Part shown: piece by piece, positions 49,831 to 59,359 of the stretch | Layout of the letters: each line of letters begins with the position of its first letter | Numbering within the stretch: position 1 is the first letter of the stretch | DNA from: Squalus acanthias | Lineage: Eukaryota | NCBI GenBank assembly: GCA_030390025.1 | Contig: CM059432.1 | Location: 141,424,001-141,488,000 of the forward strand | Length of the DNA: 64,000 nucleotides | Reading direction: 5' to 3' | Made by a program: the position numbers and the translations under genes | Notes under the pieces: model-generated | The model's database searches: none | Told to the model about the DNA's origin: nothing | The model's input: only the letters and a program-made list of their open reading frames with translations

Positions 49831-52062
49831 CCTCAATTATTACCGGCAGGACAGACCCACCAGAGGTGGCGGCACAGTGATATACACTCGGGAGGGAGTG
49901 GCCCTGGGAGTCCTCAACATCGACTCCGGACCCCAAGAGTCTCATGGCTTCAGGTCAAACATGGGCAAGGAAACTGCCTGCTGATTACCACCTACCGCCC
50001 TCCCTCAGCTGATGAATCAGTACTCCTCCATGTTGAACACCACTTGGAAGAAGCACTGAGGACAGCAAGGGCATAGAACGTACTCTGGGTGAGGGACTTC
50101 AATGTCCATCACCAAGAGTGGCTCGGTAGCAGCACTACTGATCGAGCTGGCCGAGTCCTGAAGGACATAGCTACCAGTCTGGGCCTGCGACAGGTGGTGA
50201 GAGAACCAACACGAGGGAAAAACCTACTTGACGTTGTCCTTACCAAGCTACCTGTGCAGATGCATCTGCCCATGACAGTATTGGTAGGAGTGACCACCGC
50301 ACAGTCATTGTGGAGACGAAGTCCCGTCTTCACACTGAGGACACCCTCTATCGTGTTGTGTGGCACTACCACTGTGCTAAATGGGATAGATTCAGAACAG
50401 ATCTAGCAGCTCAAAACTGGGCATCCATGAGACGCTGTGGGCCATCAGCAGCAGCAGAATTGTATTCCACCACAATCTGTAACCTCATGGCCCGGCAGAT
50501 CCCTCACTCTACCATTAGCATCAACCGATGACCAACCTTGGTTCAATGAAGAGTGTAGAAGAGCATGCCAGCTGCAGCACCAGGTGTACTTAAAAATGAA
50601 GTGCCAACCTGGTGAAGCTACAACACAGGGCTACATGCATGCTAAATAGTGGAAACAGCATGCTATAGACAGAGCTAAGTAATACCACAACCAACAGATC
50701 ACGTCAAAGCTCTGTAGTCCTGCCACATCCAGTCATGAATGGTGGTGGACCATTAAACAACTAATGGGAGGAGGAGGCTGCATGAACATCCCCATCCTCA
50801 ATAATGGCGGAGCCCAGCACATGAGTGCAAAAGACAAGGCTGAAGCGTTTGCAACCACCTCCTCCTGAGGGCCCCACCATCACAGAAGTCAGTCTTCAGC
50901 CAATTCAATTCACTCTACGTGATATCAAGAAACAACTGAGCGCGCGGGATACAGCAAAGGCTATACTGTCGTGCTGAAGACTTGTGCTCCAGAACTAGCC
51001 ACGCCTCTAGCCAAGCTGTTCCAGATACAACTCTGGCATCTACCCAACAAAGTGGAAAACTACCCAGGTATGTCCTGTCCACAAAAAGCAGGAAAATTCC
51101 AATCCGGCAAATTACCATCCCATCAGTCTACTCTCAATCATCAGCAAAGTGATGGAAGATCTCGTCGACAGTGCTATCAAGCGGCACTTACTCACCGATG
51201 CTCAGTTTGTGTTCCACCAGGACCACTCAACTCTAGACCTCATTACAGCCTTGGTCCAAACATGGACAAAAGAGCTGAATTTCAGAGGTGAGGTGAGAGT
51301 GACAGCCCTTCACATCAAGGCAGCATTTGACCGAGTGTGGCATCAAGGAGCCCTAGTAAAATTTAAGTCAATGTGAATCAGGGGAAAACTCTCCACTGGC
51401 TGGAGTCATACCTAGCACAAAGGAAGATGGTTGTGGTGGTTGGAGGTCAATCATCTCAGCCCCAGAACATCGCTGCAGGAGTTCCTCAGGGCAGTATCCT
51501 AGACCCAACCATCTTCAGCTGCTTCATCAATAACCTTCCCTCCATCATAAGGTCAGAAGTGGGAATTTTCGTTGATGACTGCACAGTGTTCAGTTCCATT
51601 CGCAACTCCTCAGATAATGAAGCAGTCCATGCCCGCATTCACCAAGACCTGGACGACATTCAGGCTTGGGCTGATAAGTGGCAGGTAACATTTGCACCCC
51701 ACAAGTGCCAGGCAATGACCATCTCCAACAGGAGACAAGTCCAGCCACCTCCCCTTGACAGTCAACGGCATTACCATCACCGAATCCCCCACCATCAACA
51801 TCCTGGGGGTCACCATTGATCAGAAACTTAACTGGACCAGCCATATAAATACTGTGGCTACAAGAGCAGGTCAGAGGCTAGGTATTCTGCGGCAAGTGTC
51901 TCACCTCCTGACTCCCCAAAGCCTTTCTACTATCTACAAGGCACAAGTAAGGAGTGTGATGGAATACTCTCCACTTGCCTGGATGAGTGCAGCTCCAACA
52001 ATACTCAGGAAGCTCGACACCATCCAAGACAATGCAGCCCCCTTGATTGGCACCACATCCAC

Positions 52063-52245
52063 TGTCGTAAGAATGAGCCTTACGCGTGGTAAACTTAATG
52101 TAAGCTTTAATCAACTTAAAACGGTGCTGCATACAAAAGAGGTCTTACCCTATGCCTCTTCCAGAGCTAACTGATCAGTCCAGTATTTATCCTGGACTGA
52201 TTACAGGAAGTGATGTCATACAGGAAGCTGAAAAGTGTTACCACA
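52063..52245 (-). repeat. 3' LTR
   Basis: Identical by eye to 56300-56482. Confidence 0.97.
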
Positions 52246-52257
52246 TTCTCCCCCCCC
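52246..52257 (-). promoter_or_regulatory. Polypurine tract (GGGGGGGGAGAA)
   Basis: Immediately 5' of the 3' LTR on the minus strand. Confidence 0.92.
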
Positions 52258-52263
52258 AAAAGA

Positions 52264-55200
52264 TTAGGAGGCCGGAATGCTCCCTCCATTTCGTAGCCGT
52301 TGGATGAGGGAGAGCCGCACCCGTTTGGGTTCTCGTAGCGGTAGAGGGCCCCTAGCCCGTTTACCCGCTGCGGGCCATGGACCAGAGTCCGAGTGCTCCA
52401 GCCCGCTCTGTGAGGGGTCAGAACGATCCTGACCGTGTACTGGTACCCGAATGGGTGTCGGGCAGGGCTGTGGCAGATCCGTTTCTGAGCGTACGGTACA
52501 GGGTTGATCGTGGCTGCGCGTGCGAGCCCCGACGGGCTCATAGTCAGTCTGCCCCAGGTCGGCACGCTGGAGTGAGGTACCAGCCGGCGTCAGATCCCGA
52601 TCGTGATGAGAGGCACCTGGCAAGCCCAGAGATGTGCCTGGTACAATATCATCCCCTGGTGTCCCTCTATGTTTCGGCGGGCAGGGAGCCAGATCCCGCA
52701 ATGACACGGTAGATTCCCGACCGTCAGGATACCGAATATAGGCGTAGGTAGGGTTGACGTCAGTGAGCTCAACCTCATCTACCAGGGGGTCATTCTTAGA
52801 CGCCCGGACATATCTTCGGAGTAGCACTGGTCCCGGTGTAGTCAGCCACGACGGGAGAGATGTCCCATAGGATGAGCGACGCTGAAATCGGAAGAACCGT
52901 TCATGAGGCGTCGTATTTGTGGCGGTCGAAAGGAGGGACCGTGTGGAGTGTAATGCGTCTGGAAGTACTGCTTCCCATTGCTGGTTGGGTAGGCCCCGAG
53001 ATCTCAAAGCCAGACGTACCGCATTCCAGATGATAGCGTTAAAACGCTCGACTTGCCCATTCCCAACCGGATGATAAGGCGTCGTTTTGCTGGCAGCAAT
53101 ACCCCGTTCCGAGAGATAGGCCTTGAGTTCTCCCGACATAAAAGAAGGGCCCCGATCTGAATGAACATAGGATGCCATGCCACAGAAAGCAAATACCTGT
53201 TCAAGGCAGCTGATAACCGTGGTTGTCAGCATATTGGGGCAGGGAAAGGCAAACGGAAAACGAGAATACTCATCAACCATTGTTAATAGATAAGTGTTGC
53301 GAGTCGAAGAGGGCAACGGCCCCTTAAAATCGATGCTAAGCCTTTGCATTGGCTGGGTCGCATGTATGAGTATACCACCCGAGGGGCGGAAAAACCGAGG
53401 TTTCAATTCCGCACAGACTCTGCAGTCCGAGCACATCTTCTTTACATCCCCGGTAGAGAATGGGAGATTTCGGGACCGCACGAAGTGCAGCATGCGAGTA
53501 ACGCCTGGATGACACAACCCATCATGGATGTCTACGAGCGTAGAGGGTGCCATGGCGGAGCAGAATGCTCGTGTGAGGGTATCCGGAGCCACATTCTCCT
53601 TGCCAGGTCGATAGTGGATGGTGTAACCAAAAGAGGCCAATTCCAGCCGCCAAAGCTGGATTTTATTATTTTTAATTTTGGTCCGTTTTCGATTATCGAG
53701 CATGAAGGCGACCGATCGCTGGTCCGTGATTAAGGTAAAGTGCTGGCGAGCCAGGAGATGACTCCACTTCCGTACTGCCTCTATGATGGCTGTAGCTTCT
53801 TTCTCGACTGGAGGATAATGTAGCTCAGCCCCTTGAAAAGTCCTGGACAAAAATGCCACCGGACGACCTTCCTGATTCAGAGTGGCTGAGATTGCCACCT
53901 CCGAGGCATCACACTCAACCACGAAAGGAAGACTCTCATCGATGGAGTGAAGAGCCGCTTTCTCCAACTGCTTTTTCAGGAGGTTAAAGGCTGCAACAGC
54001 CGTTGTGTCTAGTGGGAATGTGCTGGCCTTCAGTAGAGGTTGGATTCGGTCCGAGAAGTTAGGAATCCATTTCGCATAGTATGCAAACAGGCCGAGGGCC
54101 CGGCGCAAGGAGGCCGGATTCTTAGGTGGCGGGAGTTCTTGGAGTGGGCGAAGCCTTTCAGGGTCAGGTTTAATGATGCCATTGCCCACACAATAGCCAA
54201 GGATGTTGATAGTTGGTTGTGACTCAATGGATTTAGCCGCATTCAATGTCAAATTACGGTGCTGGAGTGCATCCCAAAATCGTTGGAGATTGGCGTCATG
54301 TTCCTGCTGATTGCGACCTGCGACAGTAATATTGTCCAGATAAGGAAACGTATCCTTCAAGTCTTCCTGTTTGACCAGGTCATCCATTGCTCGCTGGAAG
54401 ACAGCCACTCCATTAGTGACCCCAAAGGGGAGGCGACGAAATTGATACAGCCGCCCATTGGCTTCAAAGGCTGTATACTGCTTGTCTGAGACCTTCAAGG
54501 GTACCTGATGATAGGCGCTTTTCAGATCATAAGTCGAGAACACCGTGTACTCAGCCAATTTATTAACCATATCATCGATGCGCGGCAATGGGTATGCGTC
54601 CAAGTCCGTATACTGATTGATGGTCTGTGAATAGTCAATGCACAGCCGTTTCTTGTGAGGTTGTAGAGGGTTCTTAACAATAACGACCTGGGCGCGCCAT
54701 GGCGACAAACAAGGCTCGATGATATCCTCTGCTAAAAGCCGAGAAATCTCAGCCGCAATAAAAGACTGGTCTTCCTGACTGAAACGGCGTGACTTTGTTA
54801 TAATCGGTTTGCATCGAGGAGGGATACTGGCAAACAGTGAGGGTTCATCCAGTGAAGCTGCTGACAAGGCACAGAACGGTAATCGAGGTCGTATATTAGA
54901 AATAGTGAGTTCAGGTTTGGATCCGCCGAACTCAATGGTAAGCTTCTTATGCTGCTTTTGAAAATCCAGCCCTAAGATAAGATCACTACATAAGTCCTTG
55001 AGCACCGAAAGCCGGGTGGAGGGATACCTGTGACCTTTAAGCATTATTTCAACTACACAGAAGCCAGAAATTCTGGTATTAAGTGATGACTGAGCCATCG
55101 CAACTGCCTGGTCCGATGGAAAAACATGTAGCTTTAACTGTGCAACAGTCTGTTCCCTAATGAAACTATCAGTGCTACCTGAGTCAATTAAGGCATCTAA

Positions 55201-56220
55201 AGTATGTCCATTAATTGATGCTTTTGTAGCTGCATGGAATAGATTCTGAGGACAAGCAGCTGTAATTGGTGTCGTTGCACAAAGAGTGGCTGAAATTCTA
55301 GGTGTGTTTCTTCGAGAAAAAACCCGAGAGGAAGCACGATAGTTTTTAGTTGGAACATCCTGATAGGCCCTTACTGGGGCAGTTCGGTAGGACTTAGCTT
55401 GATAAGCCCTCGTAGAGGCTCTTGATAGGCAAACCTTTACAAAATGACCCTTTTTGTTGCAATGACTGCAAAACGTATTGCGAGCAGGGCAGAATCTCCG
55501 AGGGTGAAACTCATCACCACAAAAAAAGCACTTCTTAGATTGCCAAGAGGCTGCCACAGTGGGGTCATCATCCTCTTCATCGGTGAAGTCATCAGATCGA
55601 TCGTCAGGGATAAAGTCCTCCCTAATAGAGTTCACCTGTGGCCTCTTAAATTGCCTGACTGTAGTTAAGGCAGCAGACCGAGGTCTGGGCACTGTAAAAA
55701 GGTCTGCATTCCTTTTTGCCAGATCTAGAGAGCAAGCCAGGTCATAAGCTCTCTGCAGCTCAAGTGTCTTACTTTCCAGTAGACGCTGGCGTATAAATGG
55801 GGAGGCAAGCCCGCAGATGAACGCATCACGGATCATTTCTTCGCGGTATAGCTCAGCTGAGGCTGCCCGAAAGTTACAGTCCATACTAAGTCTGCGAAGC
55901 TCTTGGAGGAATTTATCAATGGATTCCTCCGGCCCTTGTTGGGCTGTAGCTAGTAGATGTCTAGCATAGACCTCATTCGGTGTCTTAGTATATAGTCTCT
56001 TAAGCGTCTGAATTGCCTCCTCATAACTGTCCCAGTCTTCCACATACTGAAATACATTTGGGGTGACACAGTTGATGAGTATCCGCAACTTTGAGTTATC
56101 ATCAGCTTTGCAATACTCAAGAAAATTCTCAAACGTGCGATACCAGTGTTTCCACACCTTACCGGCTGCTGGGGTGTTTGGGTCCAAGTCAAGACGCGAT
56201 GGTTTAAGGATGTTTTCCAT
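52264..56220 (-). CDS. Gag-Pol polyprotein, 1318 aa (Gag with zinc knuckles, aspartic protease, RT, RNase H, integrase)
   Basis: CFFCG..H...C and CSHCNKKGHFVKVC; LIDSGS; RLCIDY, LPFG, YLDN; CDAS, EKEA, TDQ; HHCC plus SIDF/SDRG/VERFN. Confidence 0.97.
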   Translation of the reverse strand: MENILKPSRLDLDPNTPAAGKVWKHWYRTFENFLEYCKADDNSKLRILINCVTPNVFQYVEDWDSYEEAIQTLKRLYTKTPNEVYARHLLATAQQGPEESIDKFLQELRRLSMDCNFRAASAELYREEMIRDAFICGLASPFIRQRLLESKTLELQRAYDLACSLDLAKRNADLFTVPRPRSAALTTVRQFKRPQVNSIREDFIPDDRSDDFTDEEDDDPTVAASWQSKKCFFCGDEFHPRRFCPARNTFCSHCNKKGHFVKVCLSRASTRAYQAKSYRTAPVRAYQDVPTKNYRASSRVFSRRNTPRISATLCATTPITAACPQNLFHAATKASINGHTLDALIDSGSTDSFIREQTVAQLKLHVFPSDQAVAMAQSSLNTRISGFCVVEIMLKGHRYPSTRLSVLKDLCSDLILGLDFQKQHKKLTIEFGGSKPELTISNIRPRLPFCALSAASLDEPSLFASIPPRCKPIITKSRRFSQEDQSFIAAEISRLLAEDIIEPCLSPWRAQVVIVKNPLQPHKKRLCIDYSQTINQYTDLDAYPLPRIDDMVNKLAEYTVFSTYDLKSAYHQVPLKVSDKQYTAFEANGRLYQFRRLPFGVTNGVAVFQRAMDDLVKQEDLKDTFPYLDNITVAGRNQQEHDANLQRFWDALQHRNLTLNAAKSIESQPTINILGYCVGNGIIKPDPERLRPLQELPPPKNPASLRRALGLFAYYAKWIPNFSDRIQPLLKASTFPLDTTAVAAFNLLKKQLEKAALHSIDESLPFVVECDASEVAISATLNQEGRPVAFLSRTFQGAELHYPPVEKEATAIIEAVRKWSHLLARQHFTLITDQRSVAFMLDNRKRTKIKNNKIQLWRLELASFGYTIHYRPGKENVAPDTLTRAFCSAMAPSTLVDIHDGLCHPGVTRMLHFVRSRNLPFSTGDVKKMCSDCRVCAELKPRFFRPSGGILIHATQPMQRLSIDFKGPLPSSTRNTYLLTMVDEYSRFPFAFPCPNMLTTTVISCLEQVFAFCGMASYVHSDRGPSFMSGELKAYLSERGIAASKTTPYHPVGNGQVERFNAIIWNAVRLALRSRGLPNQQWEAVLPDALHSTRSLLSTATNTTPHERFFRFQRRSSYGTSLPSWLTTPGPVLLRRYVRASKNDPLVDEVELTDVNPTYAYIRYPDGRESTVSLRDLAPCPPKHRGTPGDDIVPGTSLGLPGASHHDRDLTPAGTSLQRADLGQTDYEPVGARTRSHDQPCTVRSETDLPQPCPTPIRVPVHGQDRSDPSQSGLEHSDSGPWPAAGKRARGPLPLREPKRVRLSLIQRLRNGGSIPAS

Positions 56221-56286
56221 GATGGGTGATTCCCTGGATCCTTAGTTCCGAGTTCGTCCAAAAAGTTTGAGTGCGATGTTTTTTCA

Positions 56287-56298
56287 AAGTTGATTAAA
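56287..56298 (-). promoter_or_regulatory. Non-tRNA primer-binding site TTTAATCAACTT, complementary to LTR 56343-56354
   Basis: Lies 1 nt inside the 5' LTR boundary; lacks TGG; 12/12 complementarity to the LTR segment. Confidence 0.75.
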
Positions 56299-56299
56299 T

Positions 56300-56482
56300 T
56301 GTCGTAAGAATGAGCCTTACGCGTGGTAAACTTAATGTAAGCTTTAATCAACTTAAAACGGTGCTGCATACAAAAGAGGTCTTACCCTATGCCTCTTCCA
56401 GAGCTAACTGATCAGTCCAGTATTTATCCTGGACTGATTACAGGAAGTGATGTCATACAGGAAGCTGAAAAGTGTTACCACA
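56300..56482 (-). repeat. 5' LTR
   Basis: TGTGGTAAC...TTACGACA on the minus strand; upstream of the ORF. Confidence 0.97.
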
Positions 56483-56929
56483 TCCACCACCTTAAATATT
56501 CACTCCGCCCATCACCGGCGTACCGTGGCTGCAGTGTGTACCATCTACAAGATGCACTGCAGCAACTCGCCAAGGCTTCTTCGGCAGCATCTCCCAAACC
56601 CGCGACCTCTTCCACCTGGAAGGACAAGAGCAGCAGGTGCATCGGAACACCATCATCTCCAAGTTCCCCTCCAAATCACACACCATCCTGACTTGGAAAT
56701 ATATCGCCGTTCCTTCATCGTCGCTGGGTCAAAATCCTGGAACTCCCTCCCTAACAGCACTGTGGGAGTACCTTCACCACACGGACTGCAGCGGTTCAAG
56801 AAGGCAACTCACCACCTCCTTCTGAAGCGCATTTAGGGATGGGCAATAAATGCTGGCCTTGGCGGCGAAGCCCATATCCTGTGAATGAATAAATAAAAAG
56901 TGAATTAATTTAAGAATTGAACATATTGG

Positions 56930-57075
56930 TCATCCAGGACAAAGCAGCCCTCTTGATTGGCACCCCATCCACCACCTTAAACATTCACTCACCACCACCT
57001 TCTCATGGGCAATTAGGGATGAGTAATAAATGCTGGCCTTGCCAATGACCACATCCTGTGAATGAATTGTTTTTA
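56930..57075 (+). mobile_element. Short internally deleted 3' piece of the same APE-RT LINE
   Basis: CCAGGACAAAGCAGCCC... joined to the 3' UTR AATAAATGCTGGCCTTGCC. Confidence 0.75.
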
Positions 57076-57502
57076 AATGTGGTTTTGGGACATGGGGACA
57101 TGGTCCTGGTTGCAGAACGTGTGGGGGTGTGGGGGCTGGGAAGGGAGGTTTTAAGGAATTAATCCCTTGCGCCACTACCCAGCACTAAGAGATTTATTCA
57201 GGTTGAATCTTGCCTGCAGTTTATTGGGAAAGGCCATTCCAAATGAACAGCGGACGTTAGGTTATAACTAGCAGTTAGATGCGTTTCTACAGGGAGACAG
57301 AAACCACTTCACTGCGACTGCACTTGGGATTCAAACATCCATTAGCGTCTGTGGGACTATTAGGCTGCAGGTAATAGGAAAGTAATGACCACACCAAAAC
57401 TCCTGGTGATATTAATAAAACCAGTTCCATTATCACGACAGGTTTCCATTAAGTTGTTTATTTGGAGGGACTACTTAACTGTCTGACAACAGATTCCTTC
57501 TA

Positions 57503-57920
57503 GTCTGGAGAGACTAGAGAAGCTGGGATTGTTCTCCCTCAAGCAGTGAAGGTTAAGGAGAGATTTAATAGAGGCGTTCAAAATTATGAAGGGTTTTGAT
57601 AGAGTAAGTAAGAAGAAACTGTTTCCACTGGCAGGAGGGTCGATAACCAGAGGACACAGATTTAAGGTCATTGGCAAAAGAACCAGAGGAGAGATGAGAA
57701 TTTTTTTTACACAGCGAGTTGTTGTGATCTGGAACGCGCTGCCTGAAAGGGCAGTGGAAGCAGATTCAACAGTAACTTTCAAAAGAGAATTGGATAATAC
57801 TTGAAGGGAAAGAAATTACAGGGCTATGGGGAAAGAGCAGGAGTGTGGGATTAATTGGAGAGCTCTACCAAAGTGCTGGCACAGGCACGATGGGCCGAAT
57901 GGCCTCCTTCTGTGCTGTGC
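57503..57920 (+). mobile_element. CR1 3' fragment
   Basis: Translates as KGFDRVSKKKLFPLAGGSITRGHRFK. Confidence 0.88.
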
Positions 57921-58308
57921 TTGAGCACAGAGCTTGGAGACAGAGCTGGGTGAATGCAATAGGAGTAGATCGCAAGCCAAGTGGAAGAATTTGGTGAGAG
58001 CAGGAATTCGGTGGAGAGGAGGAAGGCGGTTGAGACGTCTAACTGAAAAGGAGGAGTGGAGCCACAGAACCCAAGGCCTCTAAGTTAATAGGCCTGAGAG
58101 CGGACCTGTGGGAGAGCGAGAGGAGCGACCAGAGATAAAGGTAGGCCCGAGAGCCCAGAGCCCGGAGGGAGCGCGAGCGTCAGGCAGTGAGGTAAAAAAA
58201 CCTAAAGTGTTATCAGCTCAAGGGTGATTGGTGAGTAGCTGGTGATTTTTTTTTTTTAAGTCTTGAGTTTATTTCTGTTAAATTAGTTAATAGTCTACTA
58301 AATAGGGG

Positions 58309-59209
58309 CATGGCAGAGCACCTCTTGTAGAATGCACATCTTGTGCCATGTGGGAACTCCAGGACAGTGTCCTGGACAACCACATGTGCAGGAAGTGTCG
58401 TCAGCTGGAGGAGCTCAACCTCCGGGTTTCGGAGCATCCGTGAGCCTGAGAGCTACATGGATAGCACGTTTCAGGAGGTAGTCACCTCGCAGCGTAAGAG
58501 TGTGCAGGCAGAGAGAGAATGGGTGACTGTCAGACAGACAAGGAGGACCAGGCAGGTAGTGCAGGAGTCCCCTGAGTGCATCTCACTCTCTAACCAGTAT
58601 ACTGGTGAGGGCAATGGTTCCTCTGGGGAGTACAGCCAAAGCCAAGTCCACGGCACCACAGGTGGCTCAGCTGTACAGGGGGGGAGGAGGAAGATCAGGA
58701 AAGCATTAGTGGTAGGGGATTCGATAGTTAGTGGAGCAGACAGGCGTTTCTGCGGCCACAGATGTAATTCCAGGATAATATGTTGCCTCCCTGGTGCCAG
58801 GGTCAAGGATGTCACTGAGCGGCTGCAGAACATTCTGAGGTGGGAGGGTGAACAGCCAGAGGTCGTGGTCCATATCGGTACCAACGACACAGGTAGAAAG
58901 AGGGATGAGGTCCTGCAGGCAGATTTTAGGGAGCTAGGAAAGAGATTAAAAAGCAGGACCTCAAAGGTAGTAATCTCTGGATTACTCCCGGTGCCACGAG
59001 CGAGTGAGTACAGAAATAGGAGGATAGAGCAGATGAAAGCGTGGCTGGAGAGATGGTGCAGGAGGGAGGGTTTTAGATTCCTGGGACATTGGGACCAGTT
59101 CTGGGGGAGGTGGAACCTGTACAGGATGGACGGGTTGCACCTCAACAGAGCCGGGACCAATGTCCTCGCGGGGGAGTTTGCTAGTGCTGTTGGGGAGGGT
59201 TTAAACTAA
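58309..59209 (+). pseudogene. CR1 ORF1 with an N-terminal zinc finger (frameshifted) and an SGNH/GDSL esterase domain
   Basis: VVGDS, HIGTND, DGLHLN motifs; CxxC...CxxC in the upstream frame. Confidence 0.9.
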
Positions 59210-59359
59210 TTTGGCAGGGGGGTGGGCACCAGGATGTAGCATTAGAAAGGAGAAACAAAGAGCACAAAGGATTGGGAGAGACACTAGAGTAAGAAATAGT
59301 ACGGTCTTAGGTGAGGTCAGACTAAGAGAGAATGCAAGAAGGTCTAAGACAGGTTTGCA

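Larger units (their letters stand above)
52063..56482 (-). mobile_element. Intact Ty3/gypsy LTR retrotransposon, 4420 bp
   Basis: Two 183-bp TG...CA LTRs; TCCAC TSD at 52058-52062 and 56483-56487; PPT; single gag-pol ORF in PR-RT-RH-IN order. Confidence 0.98.
49845..56898 (+). mobile_element. Second, degenerate copy of the APE-RT LINE family, split by the LTR retrotransposon
   Basis: Collinear with 38150-40860; breaks at CACCACATCCAC (52062) and resumes at TCCACCACCTTAAA (56483). Confidence 0.92.

Noticed and set aside
52167..52778. env or an extra ORF in the LTR element
   Set aside because: Pol runs to 52264, 6 nt before the PPT; the overlapping short ORFs lack signal or transmembrane features.
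58471..59160. 229-aa minus-strand ORF
   Set aside because: Antisense shadow of CR1 ORF1 with no recognisable motifs.
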